Positions 19,621 through 25,947 of a stretch of 34,090 nucleotides of DNA are shown in pieces. The stretch is taken from NCBI GenBank assembly GCA_964601535.1, contig CAZRNW010000001.1, forward strand, positions 1 through 34,090, in the 5' to 3' direction. Under the pieces are notes generated by a model that was not told where the DNA came from, ran no database searches, and was given only the letters and a program-made list of their open reading frames with translations. This DNA is from an uncultured Flavobacteriaceae bacterium. Lineage in GTDB: Bacteria; Bacteroidota; Bacteroidia; B-17B0; Aurantibacillaceae. Position numbers and translations under genes: made by a program. How positions within the stretch are numbered: the first letter of the stretch is position 1; every line of letters begins with the position of its first letter.

Positions 19621-19983
19621 ATGGATGATAATCAAAGAATACTTGATAAACTTGATAAGGTTGAAGATAAATTAGATAGAAAATTCGATCGTCTCGATCG
19701 TCGTGTTGATGGAATGGAAAAAGAACTAGCTATTTATAATGAACAATTAAAACATCACATCGAAGGTGTTCGTCAATTAAAAACGGAAAATGAAATGCTT
19801 CGTGAGTATATTGATATGGAAACACAAAAAATTCAAGTAGAATTAAGTCCGATTAAGCTTCATGTTGAAAAGGTCAGTTCTTTAGCTAATAGTATTAGAG
19901 GATTTGGAAATTTATTTCTAAAAGTAGCTGGAGCAATAACAATTATTACTGGTGCCATTTATGGTATCCAACAACTATTATAA
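19621..19983 (+). CDS. Tail-anchored coiled-coil membrane protein (XhlA-like architecture)
   Basis: N-terminal coiled coil (LDRKFDRLDRRVDGMEKELAIYNEQLKHHIEG) plus a C-terminal TM segment (FLKVAGAITIITGAIYGIQQLL). The XhlA comparison is from memory of that family's layout. Confidence 0.5.
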   Translation: MDDNQRILDKLDKVEDKLDRKFDRLDRRVDGMEKELAIYNEQLKHHIEGVRQLKTENEMLREYIDMETQKIQVELSPIKLHVEKVSSLANSIRGFGNLFLKVAGAITIITGAIYGIQQLL

Positions 19984-19990
19984 GTGATAT

Positions 19991-20545
19991 ATGCCATTTA
20001 AATTTAAAGAAGACGAAGAAGATGATTTAGAACCAGGAATGCCAGGGGCCCATGAAGAACCTAGTATTCTTGATAAGATTAAAAGTTTAATACCTGAGGA
20101 TATACAAGAACAAATTCCTGATATCAATGATTATAAAAAATCAGCATTAGAAGGTTTATCTGGAATGAAAAATTCCTTTATGGGCGGTTTAGAACGTTTC
20201 GAAAATCAATATAATGCTATGACTCCTGAACAAAAAGCTGAACAGGCATTAGGTATGGCAATGGGATCTGTTGGCGGTATTGGAAAATTAGGTAATGTTT
20301 TAAAAACTGAAGTCCCCATCGCTCAATCTCTTAGAGCTAAAGCTCTTGAAAAATTAGCTCAAGGATCGGAACAAGCAGGTGGATTTATGGGTAAACATTT
20401 ACCAGAATTGCAAGGTGTCCAAAAAGGGACCTTACAAGCAACACATCCTGCTATGCAAAAAATTGAACAAATGATGGCATCTCCTGAAAATATGGATATG
20501 CTTAGAAAACTTCAATCTTTAAAAAATCAATATGGAAAATTTTAA
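19991..20545 (+). CDS. Hypothetical protein, last gene of the plus-strand module
   Basis: ATG start and coding-like composition. Its TAA stop overlaps the stop of the convergent gene. Confidence 0.5.
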   Translation: MPFKFKEDEEDDLEPGMPGAHEEPSILDKIKSLIPEDIQEQIPDINDYKKSALEGLSGMKNSFMGGLERFENQYNAMTPEQKAEQALGMAMGSVGGIGKLGNVLKTEVPIAQSLRAKALEKLAQGSEQAGGFMGKHLPELQGVQKGTLQATHPAMQKIEQMMASPENMDMLRKLQSLKNQYGKF

Positions 20546-21045
20546 CGTTTTTTCTTACGTTTCTTTTTAATAATTTTTCTATATCGTTTAACTAATTTCT
20601 TTTTCTTTCTTTTTTTCTTAAATATTTTAACAGGATCAGGAATAGTTTCTAATATATTTTTATTATCTATATATGCTATCATAGCATCTTCAGCTAAATC
20701 TGGATTAGACATATTTAAATTATGATCATAGAGTTGATCATCAGAAACAGTTAATCCGTTTGCCTTAGCAAACCCTAACATATCTCTATTTCTAGCATTA
20801 TTTCTATCAGTACAATCTTTTTTAAGTTTTTTTGTATTATGAAGATTTTTCTTTAGATTTTTATAATCTAAATCCGCACCGACATACTCTTCAATAAACT
20901 TGTGTACCCATTCTTTTTCTTCACCACTTAATTGATCTAAATAATCCATATCAATCAATTCGCGTCGTATTTTGGGAGAATAAGCTAAATCAAATGCTGG
21001 ATACTTAATCTGATCCCTTCTCGTCTTTTTTGTCTTCCTTGACAT
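20542..21045 (-). CDS. Hypothetical protein with an extreme polybasic C-terminal tail
   Basis: ATG start. The C-terminus is KKKRKKKKLVKRYRKIIKKKRKKKR, suggesting nucleic-acid binding. Last gene of the minus-strand module. Confidence 0.55.
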   Translation of the reverse strand: MSRKTKKTRRDQIKYPAFDLAYSPKIRRELIDMDYLDQLSGEEKEWVHKFIEEYVGADLDYKNLKKNLHNTKKLKKDCTDRNNARNRDMLGFAKANGLTVSDDQLYDHNLNMSNPDLAEDAMIAYIDNKNILETIPDPVKIFKKKRKKKKLVKRYRKIIKKKRKKKR

Positions 21046-21412
21046 TGTTGTAACCTTTAGGACGAATTACTGCATGATGATAATTATCGAACATATCTTC
21101 AGTGATATTCATATTCTCTATATCCATATAGTAATACATTAATCCTTTAACTTTTATTTTTTGAAAAATCTTTGAAAAATTTGTTAGGAATTTTTGTTCT
21201 TTTTCTAAATCCTTATAATTTTTCCATGCCTTATACATTTCGAATATAACCCCGGCTCTGACTTTATATGGTCCCGACTTTAGATCATTATCGATAACAA
21301 ATCGTTTGACATCTGATAATGGTTCTACGTCTGCATTTTCTGGAGCGGTGCTAGCTATCTCTAAAAGAGTCGCTAGTGCATCATCTTTTTTATCTTCCGA
21401 CATTTGTTGCAA
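21005..21412 (-). CDS. Hypothetical protein (135 aa)
   Basis: The track start is TTG at 21412. An in-frame ATG three codons downstream (21403) is an equally plausible start. Confidence 0.45.
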   Translation of the reverse strand: MQQMSEDKKDDALATLLEIASTAPENADVEPLSDVKRFVIDNDLKSGPYKVRAGVIFEMYKAWKNYKDLEKEQKFLTNFSKIFQKIKVKGLMYYYMDIENMNITEDMFDNYHHAVIRPKGYNNVKEDKKDEKGSD

Positions 21413-21734
21413 TAAAGCCCGTAAGAACGGCTCCTAAAATGAAATAGCCCGTTTCTCGCCAAAACTGACGATCTCGGCTAGCTTCTAAAGAAGTAATATA
21501 TTCTTGATGATTTTTTAAACGTTGTTCCAATATTCCTGAGATATCTTCTTGAGCTTTTAATTTTTGTTCTAAAATTGGAAATTGATCATATCTAATACGA
21601 ACTTCTAGTTCCTTTTCAGGACTAAATATGTAACCTGTACATTCAGCAACTTGACCTTTTTCTACACGTTTAACCGGAGGACAATCTGCATATGCGATAT
21701 TGAATAATAGTAGGATAGCTAATAATATTTTCAT
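21390..21734 (-). CDS. Exported protein with an N-terminal signal peptide, Cys18 and a C-terminal TM (u-spanin-like topology)
   Basis: MKILLAILLLFNIAYA/DC at the N-terminus, a coiled-coil middle, and a C-terminal GYFILGAVLTGFIATNV. The lipobox is non-canonical (YADC). Confidence 0.5.
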   Translation of the reverse strand: MKILLAILLLFNIAYADCPPVKRVEKGQVAECTGYIFSPEKELEVRIRYDQFPILEQKLKAQEDISGILEQRLKNHQEYITSLEASRDRQFWRETGYFILGAVLTGFIATNVGR

Positions 21735-21925
21735 TATTTTAAATGCTCATCAATTTCTTTAATATATTTAAGCATATCTTCTCGGTATTTTTTAAGTTCA
21801 TTTAACCTAGACTCTAGCTCTGCAATTTCTTTTTCTTGACCCGTTAATTCTTTACTTAAACTAACTTTTCGAGCTGAAAGAATACCTTTAATGTATTCAG
21901 TGATTCCATTTTTTTTCGATTTCAT
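21734..21925 (-). CDS. Small coiled-coil protein (63 aa)
   Basis: ATG start, TAATG coupling to the next gene, heptad-like charged sequence. Confidence 0.4.
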   Translation of the reverse strand: MKSKKNGITEYIKGILSARKVSLSKELTGQEKEIAELESRLNELKKYREDMLKYIKEIDEHLK

Positions 21926-22133
21926 CTGGTGTTTTTCCTTTAGAATCTTCTTCGACTTTTTTCATTTCATTATCTAATTTTTTAGATTCAGCTTCTTTAT
22001 TTTTTTGTTGCTCATCTAAGCGAGCATCAATAATTGCATGATTGACAGCATCCTTGCTATCTCTATTCTTCCTGAAAAATAAAAATATAGCAGCAATACC
22101 AACTGCTCCTAACATATAATTTAATAAATCCAT
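21897..22133 (-). CDS. Small membrane protein with an N-terminal TM and a charged coiled tail (i-spanin/holin-like layout)
   Basis: LNYMLGAVGIAAIFLFF is followed by a Lys/Glu-rich tail. ATG start overlapping the protease gene's 3' end. Confidence 0.5.
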   Translation of the reverse strand: MDLLNYMLGAVGIAAIFLFFRKNRDSKDAVNHAIIDARLDEQQKNKEAESKKLDNEMKKVEEDSKGKTPDEIEKKWNH

Positions 22134-22975
22134 TGTAAATTATCAATCTTATAAATAAATTGTTTTTTAGATTCTTCAATTTCTCGTGAAAACATTCTAA
22201 ATGATGAACTTGGAGCCATATAAATAATACTATCAACTACATTCGCTTTTAAACTATCTTCACTATCAATCCAATATTCTTTAGATGCCCGTTTTTTATA
22301 TTCATCAAAGGAAATCTTCATTTTATTAGCAACTTCTATTTCGATTTTATTAATATATCGTTGAATAGTTTGAGTTTGAGAAAAAACTTTATCTACTTCT
22401 CCTTGAGTTCCAAAACTCGCTGGATGAAACATAAGTATAGAACGATCTGTCATATAACGTTGAATTCCATATTGATGGATCATAGCTGCCATAGATGCAC
22501 AAAAAGAATAGCATATTGTATGAACCGGAGCATCACTGGCTTGCATCGTTGAAATTAGTGCAGCCCCGTCGATAACCGAACCGCCGGGAGAATAAAGAAC
22601 AACATAAATTGGACTCTTACTCATTGTATTCATTGATCTGATAGCCGCTGCTGCCTGATGGGCATTATTACCAATTGGACCAAATACATTAATCGTTCGA
22701 TCTGGATCTAATCTAAGAACTTTAACTTTTTTGACAGGAGCTATGGGGGGTATATCAGTTGGTGTTATTGGATTTAACGTAACACTTGAAATGGTTTTAT
22801 CGCTTAAATTTGCTTCAACGGAAGCAGTAGGAATATCTAAACTAATTAATGGTGATTTATTGGCTTGAGGAGCTGTTAAATTATTTATCCCAGAGACTAC
22901 AGCTCCAAGACCTATTACAACAAGAACCGTTGCTATTGCTACAAATAGATTATTGTTTGTTTTCTTTACCTGCAC
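22121..22975 (-). CDS. Signal-anchored ClpP-family (S14-like) serine protease
   Basis: The core aligns by eye with E. coli ClpP: IYVVLYSPGGSVIDG (INSPGG), FCASMAAM (GxASM catalytic Ser), ILMFHPAS (HQP catalytic His), VVDSII (LVDSIL). The N-terminus LFVAIATVLVVIGLGAVVSGI is a Gly/Ala-rich TM segment followed by a Pro/Thr linker. GTG start with a strong GGAGGAG Shine-Dalgarno 6 nt upstream. Confidence 0.8.
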   Translation of the reverse strand: MQVKKTNNNLFVAIATVLVVIGLGAVVSGINNLTAPQANKSPLISLDIPTASVEANLSDKTISSVTLNPITPTDIPPIAPVKKVKVLRLDPDRTINVFGPIGNNAHQAAAAIRSMNTMSKSPIYVVLYSPGGSVIDGAALISTMQASDAPVHTICYSFCASMAAMIHQYGIQRYMTDRSILMFHPASFGTQGEVDKVFSQTQTIQRYINKIEIEVANKMKISFDEYKKRASKEYWIDSEDSLKANVVDSIIYMAPSSSFRMFSREIEESKKQFIYKIDNLQWIY

Positions 22976-23273
22976 TTTCTTCTCCTCCGTCTAGTTCGAC
23001 ACTTTTATCGTCTAGATCAATTTTGGCTTTTGTTATTCTTCTAATCATATATAGAATGGTCGAAACAAGCCAAAACATCAGAGTTGTGGAAGTTGCAACA
23101 AATAATTCTACTTTAAAATGTAAAGCTATTGTACTTAAAATAGCTAATAAAAATGTAATGTATGGAAACATTAATGTGATTGATGGACCGTTAGTTGATG
23201 GATCATAAATGAATGGAAGTCTCAATCCTGAGTGAGACCAATCCCGCCATTTAGTTAAAATTTTATCTAACAT
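22950..23273 (-). CDS. Two-TM membrane protein with a charged C-tail (class II holin-like)
   Basis: TM1 ITLMFPYITFLLAILSTIALHF, TM2 LFVATSTTLMFWLVSTILYMI, then RRITKAKIDLDDKSVELDGGEESAGKENKQ. ATG preceded by AAGGAG. First gene after promoter P3. Confidence 0.55.
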   Translation of the reverse strand: MLDKILTKWRDWSHSGLRLPFIYDPSTNGPSITLMFPYITFLLAILSTIALHFKVELFVATSTTLMFWLVSTILYMIRRITKAKIDLDDKSVELDGGEESAGKENKQ

Positions 23274-23305
23274 TACGCTCCTTGCAAAAAGTATGCCACA
23301 TTTTT

Positions 23306-23334
23306 AGTATATCATATATCATCATCGTTGTCAA
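23306..23334 (-). promoter_or_regulatory. Consensus sigma70-type promoter P3 (TTGACA-N17-TATACT, extended -10 TGA)
   Basis: The minus strand reads GCTTGACA ACGATGATGATATATGA TATACT. The -35 is at 23334-23329 and the -10 at 23311-23306. The TGA extended -10 element (23314-23312) is also the stop codon of the HNH gene. A leader of about 35 nt with AAGGAG precedes the ATG at 23273. Confidence 0.7.
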
Positions 23335-23689
23335 GCTTTTTCTTTGCTTGACGTGATTTTGTACGTATTTGGTTTTCTTTGGCTGTTTTATAATCATGAC
23401 AAGCGTCACATAAGATTTGGAGGATATCTTCATTACAAAATAAACGAGTAATGAAACCATCCCAATTATCCCATCCAGAAGGGGGGACGACAGGGATAAC
23501 GTGATCGACGCTTATATCTTTAGGTCCCCAAAGATGAGTTCGACCTTGACGTTTACATTCAGCACATTCATATAAACCACGAGAAACTCGTGCTTTTCCT
23601 AGTGCTAATTTTCGTTTAGACCATTGGTAACTTAACTTTCTGAGCTTCGGAACTAACCAGCTCCGAAGCGAAATTTCTTTTTTAGCCAT
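23312..23689 (-). CDS. HNH endonuclease
   Basis: CAECKRQG...DISVDHVIPVVPP...LCDACHDYKT is an HNH finger with two Cys pairs. ATG start. Confidence 0.8.
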   Translation of the reverse strand: MAKKEISLRSWLVPKLRKLSYQWSKRKLALGKARVSRGLYECAECKRQGRTHLWGPKDISVDHVIPVVPPSGWDNWDGFITRLFCNEDILQILCDACHDYKTAKENQIRTKSRQAKKKLDNDDDI

Positions 23690-23690
23690 C

Positions 23691-24011
23691 CTAGCTATTC
23701 GTTCGAACGCGCTCCTCGTACTTACATAAACCGCATCGTTTAATTATTAAAAATTTTAAATCACTTTCTTCAAGTGGACATTTTCCACACTCAGGACATA
23801 TCGGTTTGTTTGAGAATTTGATCTCAATATCTCCGTTCTCAAAAGCGTCATTAATAATTTCTTCATAATTATGTTCTTGTCTCTCAAGTTGTTTAAGTCG
23901 TTTTTTGAGATTTCGATTTTCACTTTTAAGATTTTGAACTTGTCTTTTAAGATGCTGAACTTCATTTAATTCTTTATTGTTCCGATGCGTTCTTTTCATT
24001 TGTACTTCCAA
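23691..24011 (-). CDS. Coiled-coil protein with a C-terminal zinc-ribbon-like motif
   Basis: CPECGKCP...CGLCKY. The track start is TTG at 24011. The in-frame ATG at 23999 (MKRTHRNN, GGAAG upstream) is the more likely start. Confidence 0.45.
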   Translation of the reverse strand: MEVQMKRTHRNNKELNEVQHLKRQVQNLKSENRNLKKRLKQLERQEHNYEEIINDAFENGDIEIKFSNKPICPECGKCPLEESDLKFLIIKRCGLCKYEERVRTNS

Positions 24012-25068
24012 AAGCGCCAGTATCTCTTTCCGTTAATTCTAAATCATCAACAACTTTAAATTCAAAATGCTGAATCTGTTGTGGAATTAATTGCGCAACA
24101 CGCATTGGTAATTTAATTTCGGGCATATTTTTATCAATTTTCGTTAAAGCAATAATTATATTTCCTAAATATGTTCTATCAATAATACCAACAGAATTTG
24201 TCATAATATAACCGCTCTTACTTAAAGAACTTCTAGGAACTACTAAGCCATAATAACCAAAAGCCGGAGAAACTTTTATTCCGGTATCATAAAATGTGGT
24301 ATCCCCATTAGTTTTAATTTTATCAATAATCGTTAAATCATATCCAGAATCTGATGCTCGTACTTTAGATGGAATTACAGCATCTGGGCGACTTTTAGCC
24401 CATCGAAAAAAATCAGTTTTCCAAAATCTAGAATAACCAATTGATGGAGTCCACGTTGCTATATCTTGATATAAATTAGCCTTTCGGTTTAAATAAATAT
24501 GCGAATTGTTATACAATTTATATAACATATCTAAAGCGTTATTACCTGACCAAACAATTCTTTCTTTATTATCGGTCCAAAATGGAATTTGTAAAAAATC
24601 TGTAATTCCGTTTCTCATTGATTCAGAATTTGTTGTTATTCCACATCGAGGAAGAGTATTATTTTTAGAAATAATAGTTACATGACCATCTCCATCAAAA
24701 AATCCTCTAATAAAATGTCGTTTTAAATTTTCTGATAATAAATATGGAAAATTAACAGTAAAACTTTTTTTACCTGGAACAATATTCAGCCAATTACATA
24801 TATTTTTAACTATTTTGACCGAATTAATTGTAAAACCTACTGTATTTTTCTTAGATTCAAAAATTGGGATATTTAAATTTAATAACAATAATAGATCTTT
24901 AAGAATATGTTTATCTTTTTTATGAATTTCAAGTTGAACTCGATTTTTTTGAATAGTTCCGTCACTTGCTATCCATCCAAGAAAATAAGCTAATTCTTCA
25001 GTTTCAATTGTCGAAAATAAATCTCGATTATAATTGTACTTTATCTTTGAGTTCGATAATTTGCCCAA
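23974..25068 (-). CDS. dut: In-frame fusion: double-motif LAGLIDADG homing-endonuclease domain (N) + complete dUTPase (C)
   Basis: LAGLIDADG motifs LAYFLGWIASDGTI and FIRGFFDGDGHV lie at about nt 25011-24424. All five dUTPase motifs follow: SDSGYDL, VPRSSLS, GIIDRTYLGNI, RVAQLIP, RDTGAFGSTNE. TTG start with an AAGGA Shine-Dalgarno 7 nt upstream. There is no in-frame ATG/GTG/TTG at the domain boundary. Confidence 0.8.
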   Translation of the reverse strand: MGKLSNSKIKYNYNRDLFSTIETEELAYFLGWIASDGTIQKNRVQLEIHKKDKHILKDLLLLLNLNIPIFESKKNTVGFTINSVKIVKNICNWLNIVPGKKSFTVNFPYLLSENLKRHFIRGFFDGDGHVTIISKNNTLPRCGITTNSESMRNGITDFLQIPFWTDNKERIVWSGNNALDMLYKLYNNSHIYLNRKANLYQDIATWTPSIGYSRFWKTDFFRWAKSRPDAVIPSKVRASDSGYDLTIIDKIKTNGDTTFYDTGIKVSPAFGYYGLVVPRSSLSKSGYIMTNSVGIIDRTYLGNIIIALTKIDKNMPEIKLPMRVAQLIPQQIQHFEFKVVDDLELTERDTGAFGSTNEKNASEQ

Positions 25069-25303
25069 GAATTGTTCCTTTAACTTGTTGATTAATTTTT
25101 CCTGGTAATCCTTTAAAAATTAGGACAATTTGATTATTTTCAAGTCGTTTTGAACCTAGGAAAAAAAAAGTATTATCTATTAATAAGTTAATATCAGGTT
25201 TAATAATAAAATTATCGTGTTCAATTGTATTAGAACAAATATAGTTAATTATACGAATTCCATACTCAAAAGTAATATCTTCTTTTTCTAAAATTATATC
25301 CAT
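25028..25303 (-). CDS. Hypothetical 91-aa protein, first gene after promoter P2 (probably leaderless)
   Basis: The ATG at 25303 lies 6 nt after the -10 hexamer with no Shine-Dalgarno. No recognisable motif. Confidence 0.45.
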   Translation of the reverse strand: MDIILEKEDITFEYGIRIINYICSNTIEHDNFIIKPDINLLIDNTFFFLGSKRLENNQIVLIFKGLPGKINQQVKGTILGQIIELKDKVQL

Positions 25304-25309
25304 TTTATT

Positions 25310-25338
25310 AGTATATCACATTTTATGTTAATTGTCAA
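25310..25338 (-). promoter_or_regulatory. Consensus sigma70-type promoter P2 (TTGACA-N17-TATACT, extended -10 TGA)
   Basis: The minus strand reads GCTTGACA ATTAACATAAAATGTGA TATACT AATAAA ATG. The -35 is at 25338-25333 and the -10 at 25315-25310. The -35 is formed by the last codons (CTT GAC AAT TAA) of ORF 25328..25579. Confidence 0.7.
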
Positions 25339-25579
25339 GCGTTTTCTTTCTTCCGCGCTTTTTAGGTGGATCTCCCATGATTATCTCGGTTTTACCGCCA
25401 TGTGAATGAATCTCGATAAGATCATTAAGGCTTTTATAAATGGCGATAGAACTGGTAAATGTAAGCCATTCCATAACGCAATGACCTGATGGAAGGATTA
25501 CACCACGGGCGACTATTCCGGTTCCCGAAACGCCTGATTCATCTTCATTTCGTTTTAGATAAAAATGTTTTATTTCCAT
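25328..25579 (-). CDS. Hypothetical 83-aa protein with a basic C-terminal tail
   Basis: ATG start. A GVSGTGIVARGV...IHSHGG core is followed by PPKKRGRKKT, which is AT-hook-like but lacks the canonical GRP. Confidence 0.45.
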   Translation of the reverse strand: MEIKHFYLKRNEDESGVSGTGIVARGVILPSGHCVMEWLTFTSSIAIYKSLNDLIEIHSHGGKTEIIMGDPPKKRGRKKTLDN

Positions 25580-25947
25580 GTTTTTAAAATTACCTCATAA
25601 ACAGGTTTTTCTAATTTTAACATTGTTTCTTTCATATTTTTTGAACCAGGAGATGAACCATCCCATATTAATAATAGAGCATCTGCATAGTCCGCCATTT
25701 CCTTATTTCTAATTGGTCCGGCTTTTTTACCATGTTTATCCCAATCGGCATGAAATTGAATAGTTTTAATTGAATCTTCTCCACAAATATCTCGAATATT
25801 TAGTGCCCATTTTTCACCTACTAAATCTACTCCTCTTGCACATCCAGATACAACTTCGGTTACCATTAAATTATGATAACAAACAAGAGAATTAATAAAT
25901 TGTGTAGATATATCAATACTACGACTTCCTGCAATAATTAATTTCAT
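25570..25947 (-). CDS. SLOG-superfamily (DUF2493-like) protein
   Basis: KLIIAGSRS...VVSGCARGVDLVGEKWA...ADWDKHGKKAGPIRNKEM...LLLIWDGSSPGSKN matches the DUF2493/SLOG Rossmann pattern. I prefer the ATG at 25947 (ATGA overlap with the thyX stop, GGAG upstream) to the track's TTG at 25956. Confidence 0.65.
   Translation of the reverse strand: MKLIIAGSRSIDISTQFINSLVCYHNLMVTEVVSGCARGVDLVGEKWALNIRDICGEDSIKTIQFHADWDKHGKKAGPIRNKEMADYADALLLIWDGSSPGSKNMKETMLKLEKPVYEVILKTWK

Noticed and set aside
22121-22975. The ClpP-like gene as an ordinary prohead maturation protease.
   Set aside because: It has an N-terminal TM/signal-anchor and linker. It lies on the opposite strand from the virion module, among small membrane proteins, and not next to any portal or capsid gene. 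This reading is kept only as the alternative that would refute the lysis-cassette hypothesis.
22361-23460. ORFs 22361..22552 (+), 22849..23208 (+), 23263..23460 (-), 23756..23965 (-), 28347..28556 (-) and 28968..29165 (+).
   Set aside because: They overlap the protease, holin-like, HNH, zinc-ribbon and exonuclease genes, which have recognisable motifs. ORF 23263..23460 also runs straight through promoter P3.
23644-23683. An 8-bp GC-rich hairpin (GCTTCGGA / TCCGAAGC, 10-nt loop) followed on the plus strand by GAAATTTCTTTTTT, which looks like an intrinsic terminator.
   Set aside because: It lies inside the 5' coding region of the minus-strand HNH gene. It is oriented for the non-coding plus strand, and the T-tract is separated from the stem by GAAA. 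It is probably coincidental, and at most a weak antisense terminator.
23974-25068. Intein interpretation of the LAGLIDADG-dUTPase ORF.
   Set aside because: The dUTPase domain is uninterrupted and lies entirely C-terminal. There is no N-terminal splicing block before the first LAGLIDADG motif and no His-Asn/nucleophile C-terminal junction. A simple N-terminal fusion fits better.
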